Below, in pieces: positions 36,299 to 50,480 of a stretch of 64,000 bases of DNA. The stretch is from Ascidiella aspersa. Its lineage: Eukaryota. Where the stretch lies: contig OZ004611.1 of assembly GCA_963924565.1 (NCBI GenBank), positions 20,336,001 through 20,400,000 on the forward strand, given 5' to 3'. Under the pieces are notes generated by a model. That model searched no databases. It had not been told where the DNA came from and saw only the letters and a program-made list of their open reading frames with translations. The first letter of the stretch is position 1. Each line of letters starts with the position of its first letter. Position numbers and translations under genes: made by a program.

Positions 36299-39200
36299 TT
36301 CTGGGGTCATTGTAATATAGGGAGAAGAACAGTTTTGTCACTTATTTGCTTGAGTTTTATTGAACGGTGTCTTTAGGTTTTATTTCTCGCTATACATGCC
36401 AAAAAAGCTGGATGCTTCGCTGTCTTTCTTTTGCTTTCACTGTCCCGAAAGGTGACAAAGTATTTCATCGTTTGGATAGGATAGACCACAGGGGTGACAG
36501 GGCAATAACATTGTTTACGCACGCTTTCACTTTCCGTAACTATGAAGCAAACAATCAAAAGTTCTTCATTAAAAATTCATTACACACCAACCCATTGGAT
36601 CACGATAATCGACAAAATGTTGTGTGTCACGCGGTGAAAGACGCCAAAAGGCGAAACGGGGTGTGTTTTCTACAGGGCTTTGACTATGGGTGTGCCTTGG
36701 TCCTGGTTATATAGTCTATAAAAGAAATCAAATCTAATTTTATCTTACCAAGGTGGCAGCTTCAGTAATTACTAGTAAGTTGTAACGGCTATTCAACCCC
36801 CGAGGGTTGGTACCACTTAAATGCTTTGTGGACACTTAAGCAATCGATTTCTTGGTTGCCTTTCCTTTTTAGAAAGGAGCATCCCAAAGGTTGTCATACA
36901 GAACACTGAGGTTTAAACAACCAAAGAATGTACGTATAGCTTACCCAGAAATACACAAGAAATTTCACAGTTAATGGTCTACGACTAAGTATAGGACAAA
37001 ACTCGTGTATTGTATATTAACTCACTTAACATGATCTGTCTTACAACATTCAACATGGCCAATAAAGCGATTTTATCCTACAAAGCTATTTCTATTGTTG
37101 TTTTGTTGCCGGGAGACAAATGCAATTAGCACGTTTTCGAAAACTGATTGTAGCGAATGTCATTTAGTCTACGCGAGTAAATTTCGGCGCGCACTTTATT
37201 TACATTCGAATATAAAATCAAATAACGCTTTATCGAACACGGCGGATGCGTTCCAAAGGCCGACCGACCGAAATAGGCTTTTCATATAGGTTATATGGAA
37301 TCGAGCCCAAGTAGAAGGCAAATATCGTCAGTGTGTGGGCAGACTTTGAATCGAACGCCTGACTGACTGTATGGGAAAACAGGCAATGGGCACCCGTACT
37401 GCTGGTTGTCGGTTAGGTTGTGTGTATTTTTCTTCTGCCAAAAGCGTTCATTCAGCCGGGACGAAATTCGATAGCAGGTGATTGTTCGCTTTTCGTAACA
37501 GTGCGACAGTCAGTGTGCCTAATGAAGTTGACTTGTGTAATTGGAACTGGCAAACTTCGGCCTAAAAAGTGTTGACAAACAGTTTTTGATTGCACTTTCT
37601 TGAAAGGAGCCACTTACTATTTTGAAAAGTAAAAAGTTAGAAACCTTTGAATCGGACAAATTCGTTTTAAGAAATCAGTAAAACACAGATAAGAAAAGCA
37701 TTGTTCTAAAGTTCTATTGTGGTAAGTCTTTGAATTATTAGTTTTGGCTAATATTTTGTTTAAATAAGATTGCACTAGACAAGGGTATGTTATAAATTTG
37801 CAGATTATAGTTTGTTGCCGCGTTCCAACGTGATGCTTAAGTTGTCATACCGCGACCTTGTTGTCTCGTGCTACCGCCTAAATGAAGGCAAACGTAATCC
37901 AGGCCAGAAACTGGTAATTTTATACGACTGGTAATCACGTCTGAGAGGTAGGCAACTGGAGTTACGGAAAATAATTCTAAAAGTGTTTCACGTACTTGTA
38001 AATGGTACTTTTCCTATTAAATAAAAGACAAGGTAACCTAAAGTAGCTTCACGTTATACTGAAACTATCGGCTGTCGAAAGAAGCGAAACCGCCTTAGGC
38101 TGTACCAATTCATTTCAAACGGTAACCCCAGTAGTTGGCAATAGACAGAACATTAGGAGAAAATGACTTAGTTTTGGATTTAGTTTATTATGATGTTTTT
38201 AAATGCGAAGGCTTAAACACCATAATGTGAAGACTTAAATGCCACATATTAAACCCTGTAAATGTAAACGTTTGTTTGTCTTAGTTGTGAGTTAGATGGT
38301 CATGTAATAATAAAAGCGTCCACGACAGCAAAACAACCCGCCAAGGCCCCACTAATTGAAAAATCTGGTTTCGCTGCTTAATTCGGCCGAGGCCTAAACT
38401 CTGCACGTCACGGCGAAATTAGAACTGCGGATTGTTTTCAAGTGCGCGCCTTAGAAGGCTGACTCGGACCAGTCGAGGGCCCTCTATTGCTGCCGGTTAT
38501 GGTGGCGCGCCAAACCCCCGCGACGCCGCATCGGGCTTAACAGCTTTTAAACGCTGCAGCGGCGAGGATCATTTACTGCGACAGCGGTTGCGCTGTATTT
38601 GTGTCAGCTGCCCAACGATCAGGGGTCCTTCTAAAACGCCGCTCTTTCTCTAAAGGCGAACAGGCGCGTGCGCGTATCTCGTCTGAACCACGGCTGCTGT
38701 CCGCCGTTGCAACCCGCCTTCCAAATGTCTGGTTTACATATTAATTGCGCGTTCGCGCGCCGCGTTTAACGACAAGCGAACAAGCTGTCCGCTTGTATCT
38801 GTCGTGTTTTCGAAACTAAGCAGCCCTCTTTGCGAGGCAACCGGCGACTTGGCGACGACGTTGGGTTCCCTCACCCCGAAGTTTACGAAGGAACACAGCG
38901 ATCATCACGTTAGCAAGCTAAAACGTTTATCAGGAAAGCTTTTTAAGATTCGCTGTCGGTTGTAAACCTATCCGATGCACAGCCGTTTTTTGGATGCAAT
39001 GATAGTTTAGCACATAATTAAGGAGTGAGTCTGAGCTGGTTTCTTGTTTGATGAAGTTAGGCAGTTTGATCTTGTCATATAATTTGCTACTAACGAGTAC
39101 AATGCCCTAAAGTTTCGGGTTGTTAAAGAACACGTATGACGTATGTTGATAAGGGCAGTACGAGTACATGTATAAGGCAATTACATCGCGATATTGTTCT

Positions 39201-42200
39201 TTTCAACTTTCAAGTTCATTATTTTAGCATTGTTACGTAACAGTTGATATCACGAAGCGGGAGTAGTACGTAAAAATGAGGCAGAAAACGACAACCTTGC
39301 CTCATTTAGCAGCGAACGGTTCTCCAGACATAAAAACGTAAATGAATGGTTCTGAAGGATTCTTAGTAGCTATTTCATTTCGGATGTAGCAAACGTTCAA
39401 GTACTTTTCGCATAATGATCCAACTCTTATGGATTTATAAGTAGGAATTATTTGAAATTCCTACGAATAATTACTCCTGGGTCACATATTTTGCCAGGGA
39501 TGGTTGGCAATGTTTTATGCCTAAATCTGTAATCATTCACCAGTATTCGTTAATATACCAACAAAAATGTGTGGAAAAGATAACTTCATTTGTGTTCAAG
39601 TTGACTTGTAAAAATTCTTAACCGAGATGCCGCGGCGCCCTGGTGTGCCATTTCTAATGCTCAAGGGTGCCGATAGGTGTTTGAGAATTTGTAAGAATCC
39701 TATTTTTGCTCAATTACTTTTTAATACAACTACTGGTGTACCGTGTACGATTAGAGACTAAGAGAACAATATATAAACAGACATTTTACAACATGTTTAA
39801 GTTGGTTGTTTTTTAGTGACATTTCAGTAAAATAATCAACGAAATTCCAGTCGGGGTGCCGAAAGTCTATTTATTATATTTTTAAGGGGTACCGTTAGCC
39901 ATAAAAGGCTGAGAATTACTGACCTAACTATTAAGAAGTGATTTCCCGGTTTCTGACATTTAATCTCTATTTCCCTTACATTAACAACTGATCAACTCAG
40001 GTTGAACATTTTTCGAACGGCACATGACCCTCGTTCAGGCGCAAATGCGTCGAAACCGGGCGTGACATTTTCAAAAGGTGCTTGGTTCACGGACTAAATA
40101 GCGGCATGGCAATGTATTTCTACTGTTTTCTGGGCAGTTCCGTATAAAATACCATGAGTCGATCGATACAGATACAAACATGTATAGCATCATTTTGAGA
40201 TATTTTGATAAGTGAGCGGGATTAAAAGGGTTCTAAAAGTTCACCACGGTGTTTTAAATTGCGTTTGAACTTAGATTTCTTGCAACGCTTTAGCAAGATT
40301 ATTGGATCTGCTATTAAAAAAATAAGCAGCGATGACCTACACCTGCTTTAAACAAAAGGCTGTGATAATTTGTATGCAAATCAAATCGGTTCAGTTGTTT
40401 GTGAAACACAGCAAAATGTTTTTTCTATTTTTGACTTGTTTTTAATGTTTTTACAAAATCGGACAGTTGGTATTTCAAATCAGGTATGCTGGGTATTGTT
40501 TTCATCCTAGAAAAACCAACGACGACTTACATCAGTCTTTTAGGCAAGCAACAACCTTTTTGATTTTGTCACGGGGCGTAAAATGTCCTCGAAACGTTTA
40601 TGCGCATGATTGCACATCAGGCATCTATGGCGGCATTTCGACTTTGTATTCTAACTTTAGGGCGCTTTGCAGTACTTGTAAAATATCTTTATAGAGTTGT
40701 ATTTGCTATTTATATTTTGTGATTAGCAATCTAACGGACGCGATTCAGTTAAAAAAACTAGTGCCTTTTAATGAGGCGAACATTTTGCTTTCTGAACACG
40801 CCCATGAAATTCCAGTGCAATGTAAACAAAATAAAGTGTTTTTTATTTTATTAGAAAATCCGTTTTTTTATTGCTTTTTAGTTTATATAGATGACCGTCT
40901 TACCGTCATTTACTTTCGCCCTAAAATTGTGCAATAACTCATGAAAGCCTTTAAGGTCTTTTTCGGTTTAACTCTGTTGGAAAGTTTTTACCATACTATA
41001 AATATAAAATGAATCTAGACAGGTGCTAGAAAAGACGTTTCATGTGGAGGAACAATAAATGATAAATTGGTTAACGTAATCGACTAGTAAACGTGGAAAA
41101 AAGGGTCATAGATGCATTACCAAACATAGTTCTCAAATAGAGCGAGCTACTTAACTAAATATTACGACTAAACCCTTTTTTATTTTTATTTATTTGCGTT
41201 AGGGCTCTGCTTTTTACCAGTTTTGCGAGGTTTCACGATTTCGTCATGGGACTTATCCAAACTAAGGAATGTCGAAGCACAAAGCGACCGATGATGAAAT
41301 ACAAAAAGGTTTTCGCCTAACGAGCTCGGATTACTATAAATATAAAGTTTATGAGTTTGAACAGGTACTAGCCTTAGGGGTTCTCCAATCAATTCGTAAA
41401 CAATGACAATAATTTTACCCAGCCTCGCGACTGAGAAACTAAAAGTTTTTTAGCGACAAAACTACCCATTATTTTGGCCCAAATAACTTTGAGAACTGTT
41501 AAAACAAATATATTACAAAAATTAAAGGTTCTCTAAGAATAAGGAGTTTGGCTCGGATCTTATCAATTGTCTTTTATAAAATGACGTGATTTAAACTGAT
41601 ACGGCGTGCGGAACAAAACTTAATGCGACAACTTTCGTACCAAAAGTGCGATAACATTTAATTCCTTATTTAAAACGCCCCGTTGGCGTCATAAATAACA
41701 CAATTTCGCCCGACGCGCCTCGCACTCTGACAGCAACTTTCTAACCAGTGGCGGCGAATCATAATTACTTACCGGGGCTTGTGGGCTTGTTGTGCTAGAA
41801 ACAGGCACCCGGCGTTTAATTTGCAGGACCACGGCAAACAAAACAAAGGGCACTACATTCGCTCGACTGAAGTGCAATCGGTGTTAACTACGTGGACTGT
41901 AACACGAATGCAGGTGGGAGAACGGACGATTTTAAGTTTTGACGCACTTACGGTGTGAAGTTAGACATTACGGGGGCCATTGTTTTTTTAATGACTTACT
42001 TTAACTCTTGACAAGTTGTCATATTACCTCGAACGCCTAAAAGCGTCTTTATAGGACAAAATACCACTGGTTACAGCAGGACTTAATTCGTACCCCGACG
42101 AAAATTGCTTGCGGTTAATAAAATATAAAGGAAACAAGGTAAATGTTATTTGGTCCTATCATTAGCAATACGTTCTGCGCTCTATTTATAACACATCTAA

Positions 42201-44536
42201 ACACAACTTGAGGCAACTTTTAAATCAAAAACGTCACAGTCTTTACCGTCCGCGCATCACAAAATTATAGCCCGGCGAAGTTGTTATCTGGTATAGTGGT
42301 TTGGTGACAAAAGGTTACCATCGAAGTGGTTCGCGAAATTAAGTTCGGGCATCAAATACTTTCGGGCGTCCGGGTTAAGATGCTGAAATCGATTAACGTT
42401 TCGCAGTCGCTGTCTTACATAGTCGACACCACGAACTTCGACTATTGAAGCTGTGACAAAATGGTAGCGTGTCACCAACGCTTTCCATCCGTAGCATTGT
42501 ACGACAATATCGTAAAGAAGCCCAGAAAACGATAAAACGACAATAGGTCATGGTATTTGTACCAATACGAAACCTAAACGATTATACGTAGCTTCCAACT
42601 ATTTTTTTTAATATTATGTGCCGTACTTAAAATTTCATTTGGATGATTACACTCTTACAAGATGGTAATATATGCAACTGACTGACAAATCTGATATCGG
42701 TTTATGTATTGTAAAGATAGATTTAACAGAATGGGTACATTTGAGACATGTTAAGGTGATGTTAGCAATATTTCTAGAATATTTTTTATGTTGCGAGTAA
42801 AATTCTGCACTTATACGGTATTATCCAGCGAAACTATCCTTGTGCAGCCATTTAAATCTAAACGCTATTATCATTTATCACTGTTTAAATTTTCCATCAA
42901 CAGTTGCGTGCGACTGAACCTGCGTTGCAAGCAACACCCAGATTTGGCGATTTTGTGGAAGGTTGCAGCGCGCGGGCACACAGAAATTTGCCGCGACATA
43001 CGGCGCACCTATAAAACTACTCAGCCAATCTTTTGTCCCAGACCTGGTACACAGCGGGACCGATTTTAAATGTAAAGTCTCCAGCGGTGCACCGCATATA
43101 GACGAAAACACACTGTCGCCTGTTGTTATTTCAACGCGTTTGCCGCTGCGGCGTGCTTTTCCGCGACTGTCCAAGCGTGGCCGTATTATTACGTCACAGT
43201 GGGATGGCGTGTTTGAACAACGCAGGCCTGAGCCAACAATGACAGACGCGAACCAAGCCTTAAACCTTTAATGGTACGCGCTGGGGTAGAAGACAACGAT
43301 TGAATCTTCAATAGGCGAGAGTAACACACGCCCCGGTATGCGAGAGCAAGGTTTCGTTGAACTGACAGATCTATGGATTATAGCAAAACCGCCAATTAAC
43401 TCTCTACTCAGTTGAAATAGCTTAAGTCATTGAGAGAAAGGCCCACTTAAGTCACTTTTTTCTAAATTCTTTCGATTAGGTTAAAATGTCTTACCATGGT
43501 TCAGGTTTCGGTTTTAGTCGATCTTAAATCACTTGGAAGTAATACTTTGTCAGGATTAAAGTTAAGATTAGCTAATCTAAATAACTTCATGGATAGTAAA
43601 ACTGTTTTCTGATAATATTTTTAAATTCGGGTATTTAAAAATGTTATTTAAAGAAGAAATTAGCCGTGTTGAGACAGGAAAAATACGGAATCCAATAGAA
43701 ATACATATTTAGCATATATTTAGGTTAGGCGTCTGGCTATTGTCTTTTCGCATAGCTCATTCACAAAACATTTATTTAATTACATCATAGCACCAGAATA
43801 GCAAGCTGTTGCGCGCCAAGCAGTAACTTTAATTCAGTTATATCATGAAATTCCTTACTTAAACAAGTGCCCTAGTTTCATTTAAGAATATGGAGTTGCG
43901 AGAGAAGTGTATATTCTTCGTGTTTGCGATTACCATGTTTGGCTGGCTTAAAGAGTTGCTTAAAAGACTTGCTTGTGGGAGTTAAGTTGACAGGAGTTAA
44001 CAACTAGGAGTGTACTGGAAGATTGATTCAGAAATAGCTTTTTGCTGCTGAAACATTCTTCTGAAGCGCTTGTTTTACCTAAAATAAATCGGTAATCTAA
44101 AAGCTCAAAGATATGTAAAAATGTCTCTCCATGCAGTAACGTAGTCTCTTAAACTCCCGAAAGTAAGAGAAGGCTAACCAACCACCAAGGCAAACATGTT
44201 TTTAAAAAAGGTAGGCAAGTTATTTACACCCATTTTGTAAAACTTGAACTTTCTTTACAGTTCCAAGTGTACTGTTGATTCGCACATACTGAAAGCGCTT
44301 CGTGGTATTTTGGTAGGCTATACCATTGTGTTGTGGTCAAAAAGAAGCTAAACAGTCCCCAAAAATCTATGCTACCTTCAGTTTCCTGATATCTTAGTTA
44401 TTTCCATCACATTACGTTGGTGAACTCTTTCTTTTAGCTGCGATCAGTGACATGTGTTTTTATCTCCGAAGGTCGGAAATACATAGTTAGCATTTAAAGT
44501 CATAAGCAATAATAAATAGGCATCGGCGTGCAAGAG

Positions 44537-46764
44537 ATGAGCGACAGCAGCTACTACAGCCAGCACCGCGCCTCGGCCGACCGGCACCATCACTCGGGCG
44601 GCGGACGCTATTCTCGCGAACGCGACTACTACGACAGTCACCACCACAGCCACCGCGACGACAGCTACAGGCGTGAACGTCGAGTACCCGGCCACGTAAC
44701 GGATCCGACTCGCAACTCGGACGCCGAGATTCGACGCGGCCAGCAGGAGGCCATGGAGCGGTACAAGACCGACAGCTACTACAAACCTGAAACGCAGCGC
44801 AGCGCCAAGACTAAGGACACCATGTCGTCGCCGCCGCCCTACAACATAACCTCGACGCAGCCGCCCTACTACGTGAGAACCAATCAGAAGACGTCGGGCT
44901 ACTACAGCAGCAGCAGCAGCAGAGGCGGAAGGAGGCGACTGCCCTTAAATCCGTCGTTTCTTGCAGCTTTCACCGGTCTGGTCGGCTTCGGCGTCTTGAT
45001 CGCTGCCATCGTCATTGTCGACTGGCTGGTCACCGTGACCACCGAAAATGGCACCGCCACGACCAGCGGCACCAGTAAAGTAAGTCGGTATAAAAATGAC
45101 TTGACTTCACTAAAATATTTTTAAGTCGATCATATTGAGTGACTTGGCTTGAGTAAAGTTGTTTAAATAACTGTGACTTGGAGATCTTATTGATGGATAA
45201 AGTTTTCCTAATGTTCACGATTCCCACAATTTCATAAATGTTTCCAATTTGTGTTTTCATTTTAGTATTACGTTTTTTCTGAGCGAAATATTGCCCGGAA
45301 TCCAAATTATCAAGTATTCCAGCTAAGGGCTCGTCAATTATTTTTGACAGGGGCCGCTTAAAATACAGAAAATGTATCGTTTTCCTAAAACTTTCTTTTG
45401 GAAGTTCTTAAGCTGTAGCATAGAGTTCTTTTTAATTGTAGCTTTATATTTGCTACAACATGGTTACTATCCTGGAACTCGTCATTTTAAGGTCTACGAA
45501 ACTCCGACTTTTAAGACTAAAACGCAATGCTATAAATACATACCTGAAAAGGCGATCTTCAATCCACTCTGCGATGCATAAAAGTCGACTGTCGACAGTT
45601 AAGCACTAAAACGAAAAATTGGCCCATTTTAGAAGCGGCGGCTTTAGCTTAGGTATAAATAAGTACTTGAAGGCCTCAAGTTTGCGTCACAAAAGAAAAT
45701 TCCAAGGAGCATCATGTAACAGCAGCTTTTTGTTTGATTGCAGGTCACACACACGGGCCTGTTTCAGTTTTGCATCTACGAAAACAAGGTTTTGGATTCT
45801 TGCAGTAGCGTGGAAAGCCTGAGCGGAATCGGTGCAGGTATAATATAAATCGATAACATAAAATTGAAATTTAAACTTATACATCTGATTTTCGGTTAAC
45901 GTAGTTGACTTTTTAGTGTATACGACTATACGTATATGTAAATGAATATAGCAAGCTTCGTTTTTGTCAGTACTTCAGCAATTATAAACCATTATATCCT
46001 ATTTTCAAATTGCAGGGTCTCAGAAGCAATGTTATCGCTTGTTGAGTAATTGCATCAAACTTGAGACATAGTCATAAACAAGAACACGTAGTTTGATATA
46101 ACAGTGTGCCGAAAACTTAGAAATAATAAAGTTAAAAAACCATCCCTATAGAATGAAGAGAACTATCGATTCCGTGCTTTTTGTTGAGGTGTGAAAACCT
46201 GCCTTTCATTTTTGTTTTTCTTTTTTGCCTTCCAGCCCTGGGCGAACTTGAGCAGGCGACTAGAGGACTCGTCATTATTGCCGCCATTTTTGGTCTCGCC
46301 GGAGTCGTGGTCGGCATCATTTATGGTCTACACAAGTTCGAACGAGCTAAAGGAGCTTACTACAGTGGCGCGATTTATTTGTTTGCTGGTAAGTTAGAGG
46401 TTTCAAAGTTATTCAGTCAACAATTCTCTGGCCTGTCATTTCACTGGTAGTTTAAACCTGTCAATTGTAAAGTAATACAGCTCAAATAGTTTTTTTGTTG
46501 AAATCCAACAGTAGACCGTTCTCGCATTTATCTTCTCAAGCAAATAGTCATTCTGAGCTCTGCTTGTTGTTCGCAGGCTGCTGTGGCGTGGCTGCCATGG
46601 GCTGCTACTCGTCCGTGCTTGACACCAAGATCAGCGAGACGATAAATGGCAGTGTGGTAATCCCGGGCCTCTCCTTCTTCCTCGGTTGGTTCGGCACGAG
46701 CCTCTTCCTTATTGCAGCGGTCACGTGCTTCTTCTCTAACGCCACCACGTGGTCGAAAAAGTAG
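44537..46764 (+). CDS. Claudin/PMP22/EMP/MP20-superfamily tetraspan membrane protein, about 325 aa, long N-terminal cytoplasmic tail
   Basis: Exons 44537-45079, 45744-45837, 46236-46388, 46577-46764 (978 nt, GT-AG, phases 0/1/1). Four hydrophobic segments. Extracellular loop 1 signature W...GLFQFC-x8-C (cf. W-GLW-C-C), QATR before TM2, GLSFFLGW before TM4. Confidence 0.88.
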
Positions 46765-48382
46765 AAGCTGTGCGACCTTTGACCGTCCGTAGGCTTTGAG
46801 AACCCTTACTGGGCCTTTTGCTAGTGCCCACACGTTTGCGCCGCCAAAGCGCCTGTACTTGTTTTTTTTTTCATCTTTTACCGCGCTTCTTCAAGTATAC
46901 AACGGCGTAGGTACGTGCGGTCAACGAACTGCCAATTTGCGTGCTTATGTTTTTTTTCTACCTGTTTGTGCTTTCCTCCTAACTCGTGGTTGAATGATTG
47001 CGCCCGAAATTGTATAGTACAGGTATATAACAATCGAACAAATAAGTAATTACTGTTTTTAGGGCTTAGTTTAACGGGAACTATCATCAGATCATCAGAC
47101 GAGTCCTACAATATATTTTTACTATTCAACGTCGCGAACACAAGAAAAATAACTACATTAAACTAGTTTGGATTTATTTTTTATTTTGCTAGGGCCTCTG
47201 TAAAAGACCCAGGAACCACAAATCTTGCGTTGTACTTTTTTTTATAAGTGACGATGTTACAGTAATTTAAAAAGTGAAAACGTAAACTTGCGAGTCAACA
47301 GTGTCTTATGTTGTGAAAATCACGTAGCGGACACCAATTCGTGTTGAAATGTTGTATAAAAGCATGTACATTTTTCCTGCATTCAAATGTTAGGCTTTGT
47401 ATTAAAAATGTCTTATAAATCTTGTGACCCAGTCGTTGGTCTCTGTTACAACAGCCGCCCTTTTATTCTTCGAAATATGAAAATTATTTCGTAAAGTTGG
47501 TAGCGCTGGCGAAAAAAAGGCAACGTTTGAAAAACGCAGTATAACTGTATTTTTTCTTTTTTTCTGTGAGGTCATTTGTCATTTTTAAGCTGTATCAACG
47601 ATTTTTGGCGTGAAAATAATTTATCGCTAGAGTAACAATAAATGTATTAGACATTGTTTTCACTTCTGCGCATTGCCTGTCTCTACATTGTGCTTTACAA
47701 TCATGCAAGTTTTCAAGAGTTTTTGCCGCTTTGTCTTTTCGGATTTTCACCGTGGTTTATTTCCGGTGCTCTGTACATCCCGTTGTGACGTTTTTTCATA
47801 CGTTTTTAGTTTGTGTTTGTTGTACACAAGCTTTGGGCGACGATAGGTCCCCACACCACTAAGCAGTTGAAATATATATTCTTCTTCTCGATAAAAAGCT
47901 GTCTTATTCGTCTCTGTACGCGCCCTGGCGATTTCAATAAACAATGTGCGCTTACAACACTGCTGATTGAGGCCAAGCAAAACGCACAATACAACATTAG
48001 CCTAGATTTAACTTAAAAGCTCATTTATCCGAACAAATGACGTTACAAGCTGAAACAAGCCGTTTGAGTTCAGTATAAGAAGCGGGGTGCACTTTATGAA
48101 CAGCACAGAAGTAAAAGTTGACTTTTTTGTTATAATGATGATATGACTTTAGGCAAACATATCGTTCAGATTGGGTGTAGACAGAAGAACATCGATTCCA
48201 AAAAAGCGCCGAAATCTTGAAAGATTGAGTCAATTGCAGCTTGATCATGGTATTTAAACCTGAATAACATTGTAGATCTTCACATCCCAATATGTGCAAC
48301 GCCCAACGACCTGGGCTCAGAATTTTTTTTTGTCCTTATGTACCAACCTCTACATGAACTTTAACATTTTTTGTACGGTAAC

Positions 48383-48848
48383 TCATATTTCATATAGGCC
48401 TACACCAATAATATCCATTAGTTGTTGGTATAAAGAAGTTGTTCACAATTATTTTAGTGTGGCCCTTTTAATCGTTTGGCTGAAGGCGTGGACCCCCAAC
48501 GAAACCAGTTAAACTAGAGGGGTGGAACAAGCGTTTTGTTTCAGAGAGGCCAAAAACATTTTTATGATGACGTCACTAAGTTACGTCATACCATGTCATT
48601 AAGCAAGAACTTAAGAAAAGCTCCTGTTGTCGGTAAACCGCGTTGCAAATATTTAACAAATTTAAGTTTACAGTTAGCGCGAGGCGCAAACAAATGCGTT
48701 CATTTGGTTTAATAAGGCAAATCGCTTCTAGGGCCGTTGACTGTAAACCAGTGTTTCGCAACCTTTTTTGGGTTGCGGCACCCTACAGAAATTCTAAATA
48801 ATTCGCGGCACACTTGTTCGTATTGCTTGCTGAGTGGCTAACTGTAAC
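48383..48848 (+). repeat. ~467-bp direct repeat, copy 1
   Basis: Nearly identical to 52215-52683. Confidence 0.95.
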
Positions 48849-48990
48849 GTTATACAATAAACGAGAATAATACAGCACATAAACTGTGCCACAAGGTTGA
48901 AAAAACCTTTTTAATAATTTGCATTTTCGTCGTACACCAAAAATTGTATAAAGAAGTTTAATGCCGCGGTACGTCGGTTGAGAACCACTG
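48749..48990. mobile_element. hAT MITE
   Basis: CAGTGTTTCGCAACC...GGTTGAGAACCACTG; TSD CTGTAAAC/CTATAAAC. Confidence 0.75.
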
Positions 48991-50175
48991 CTATAAACTA
49001 ACACAAACGAACAGCAATTGTAAATACAGCCGAGCAGATTTTATGTTTATATTCAGAAGACAGAAAATAACATAAAAATGGCAGTTATATATAGATTTAG
49101 TATTTTAAACTTGAGAATACTATCATACGCATTAGCTTTGTGATAATAAAATAAAAAAAAACTTTTTAAAGATAGTGCAAAAGTAACGAATCCAGTACTG
49201 CAAAAACATATTTTTATGTTTTAAAATAATAATTAAAGTGATCTGCAGAGCTAAAATCCTAAGCCTTTTGTTTTGAATAGCAAGTTAAGTCCCTTGCATG
49301 AAACAGAAAATTAGTTGTAAGTGTGATCCGTGCCTATAATTGTAGTTTGATCGATGAAAAATACCAAACAAACTAATAAAAGTAGTTTTGGCTGGCTGAC
49401 AAGCACCTCTTAAACTTCAAGATTGAAAATTTTATTGCGTTTATACATAGCACAACAGGGATAAAAGCTGGACATCAAATGCCTCCTTGAACTTTTTAGG
49501 ATTTGAAGAAATTAGCATGATAAAACAAAAGCAGACGATTTTTTTTTCAAACTTAAAGTAATATCACAACAATACATGGAATGTTAAATTAATTAAAATG
49601 TATAAAAAACGAATTGAATTTTCAATGAATGGTTGAACTAAAACACGCGACTAAAGACAAACAGCGCAAAAGCAAAATTCGCTAGAAAACAGGCAATAAC
49701 GACCTAAGCTCGAATTTTTTTTCTTTTATATATGGGCAAACGATAATAATCAGTGCGAACCTTAAGTCGTTATTGACGGAAAAAACTAGCGATTAAAAAA
49801 AGGCAAGCGAAACGTTCTATATTATACAGCAAAAACTATTCTACATTATACAAAGGGGTTTCACAGACTTAAAAAAACGTTTGATAAATTTACAAGGGGC
49901 AAAATCCGCCACTAAAAGATAACTAGAAATTCAACTTGGTATGGTGGTATAAAAACGGTGTTTCGTTTAAAAAAAATTAATTAAACCACACTATGCTAAA
50001 GGACGGCCAATGATTTTAAACAAATCAAACTGTTTATTTTAGCAAAGCATAATTTGGCAAACTATTTGATGAAATTTTTTTTCGATTGCTTGCCTTAAAG
50101 TGGTTTAAAAGCACAATTTACGGGGACCTGTCAAAAACAAAATTCTCCAGTGATACAGGTTTACTGACAACTGCC

Positions 50176-50480
50176 TTAAGGAGGTTGTCCCCTACAGTGC
50201 CTGCCTCTGTAGCACGCGCAAGGCTCGGGACACTGGTGATCCTCCCAGTTGCAGAGCAGACAGATAGGAGCGTTGCAACGAGGGCAGGTCCACCTCCAGC
50301 GAGTGTTGTCGCGAAGGTGCCTGCACATGGCGCAAACGAAGGCTCGACAGCGGTGACGCTGGTCGTCATCCGCTTCTTCGGCGCTCAGAATCTCTCGGCA
50401 GCGGAGACAACGTTCCTCGTGCCAATGCGAGGGAGAGCCGCGCTGCGCCTGCGCGAACGGGAAGCGTTTGTGTAAAGCGC
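50176..50480 (-). pseudogene. Cys/His-rich zinc-finger coding fragment (RING/PHD-like or piggyBac-type C-terminal cysteine-rich domain)
   Basis: GC-rich island in AT-rich DNA. Translation CLRC...HRCRAFVCAMC...WTCPRCNAPICLLC...HQC. No ATG start or transposase core seen. Confidence 0.45.

Noticed and set aside
44444-44695. Val/Ala-rich minus-strand ORF
   Set aside because: Antisense shadow of the His/Asp/Tyr-rich first exon of the claudin-like gene.
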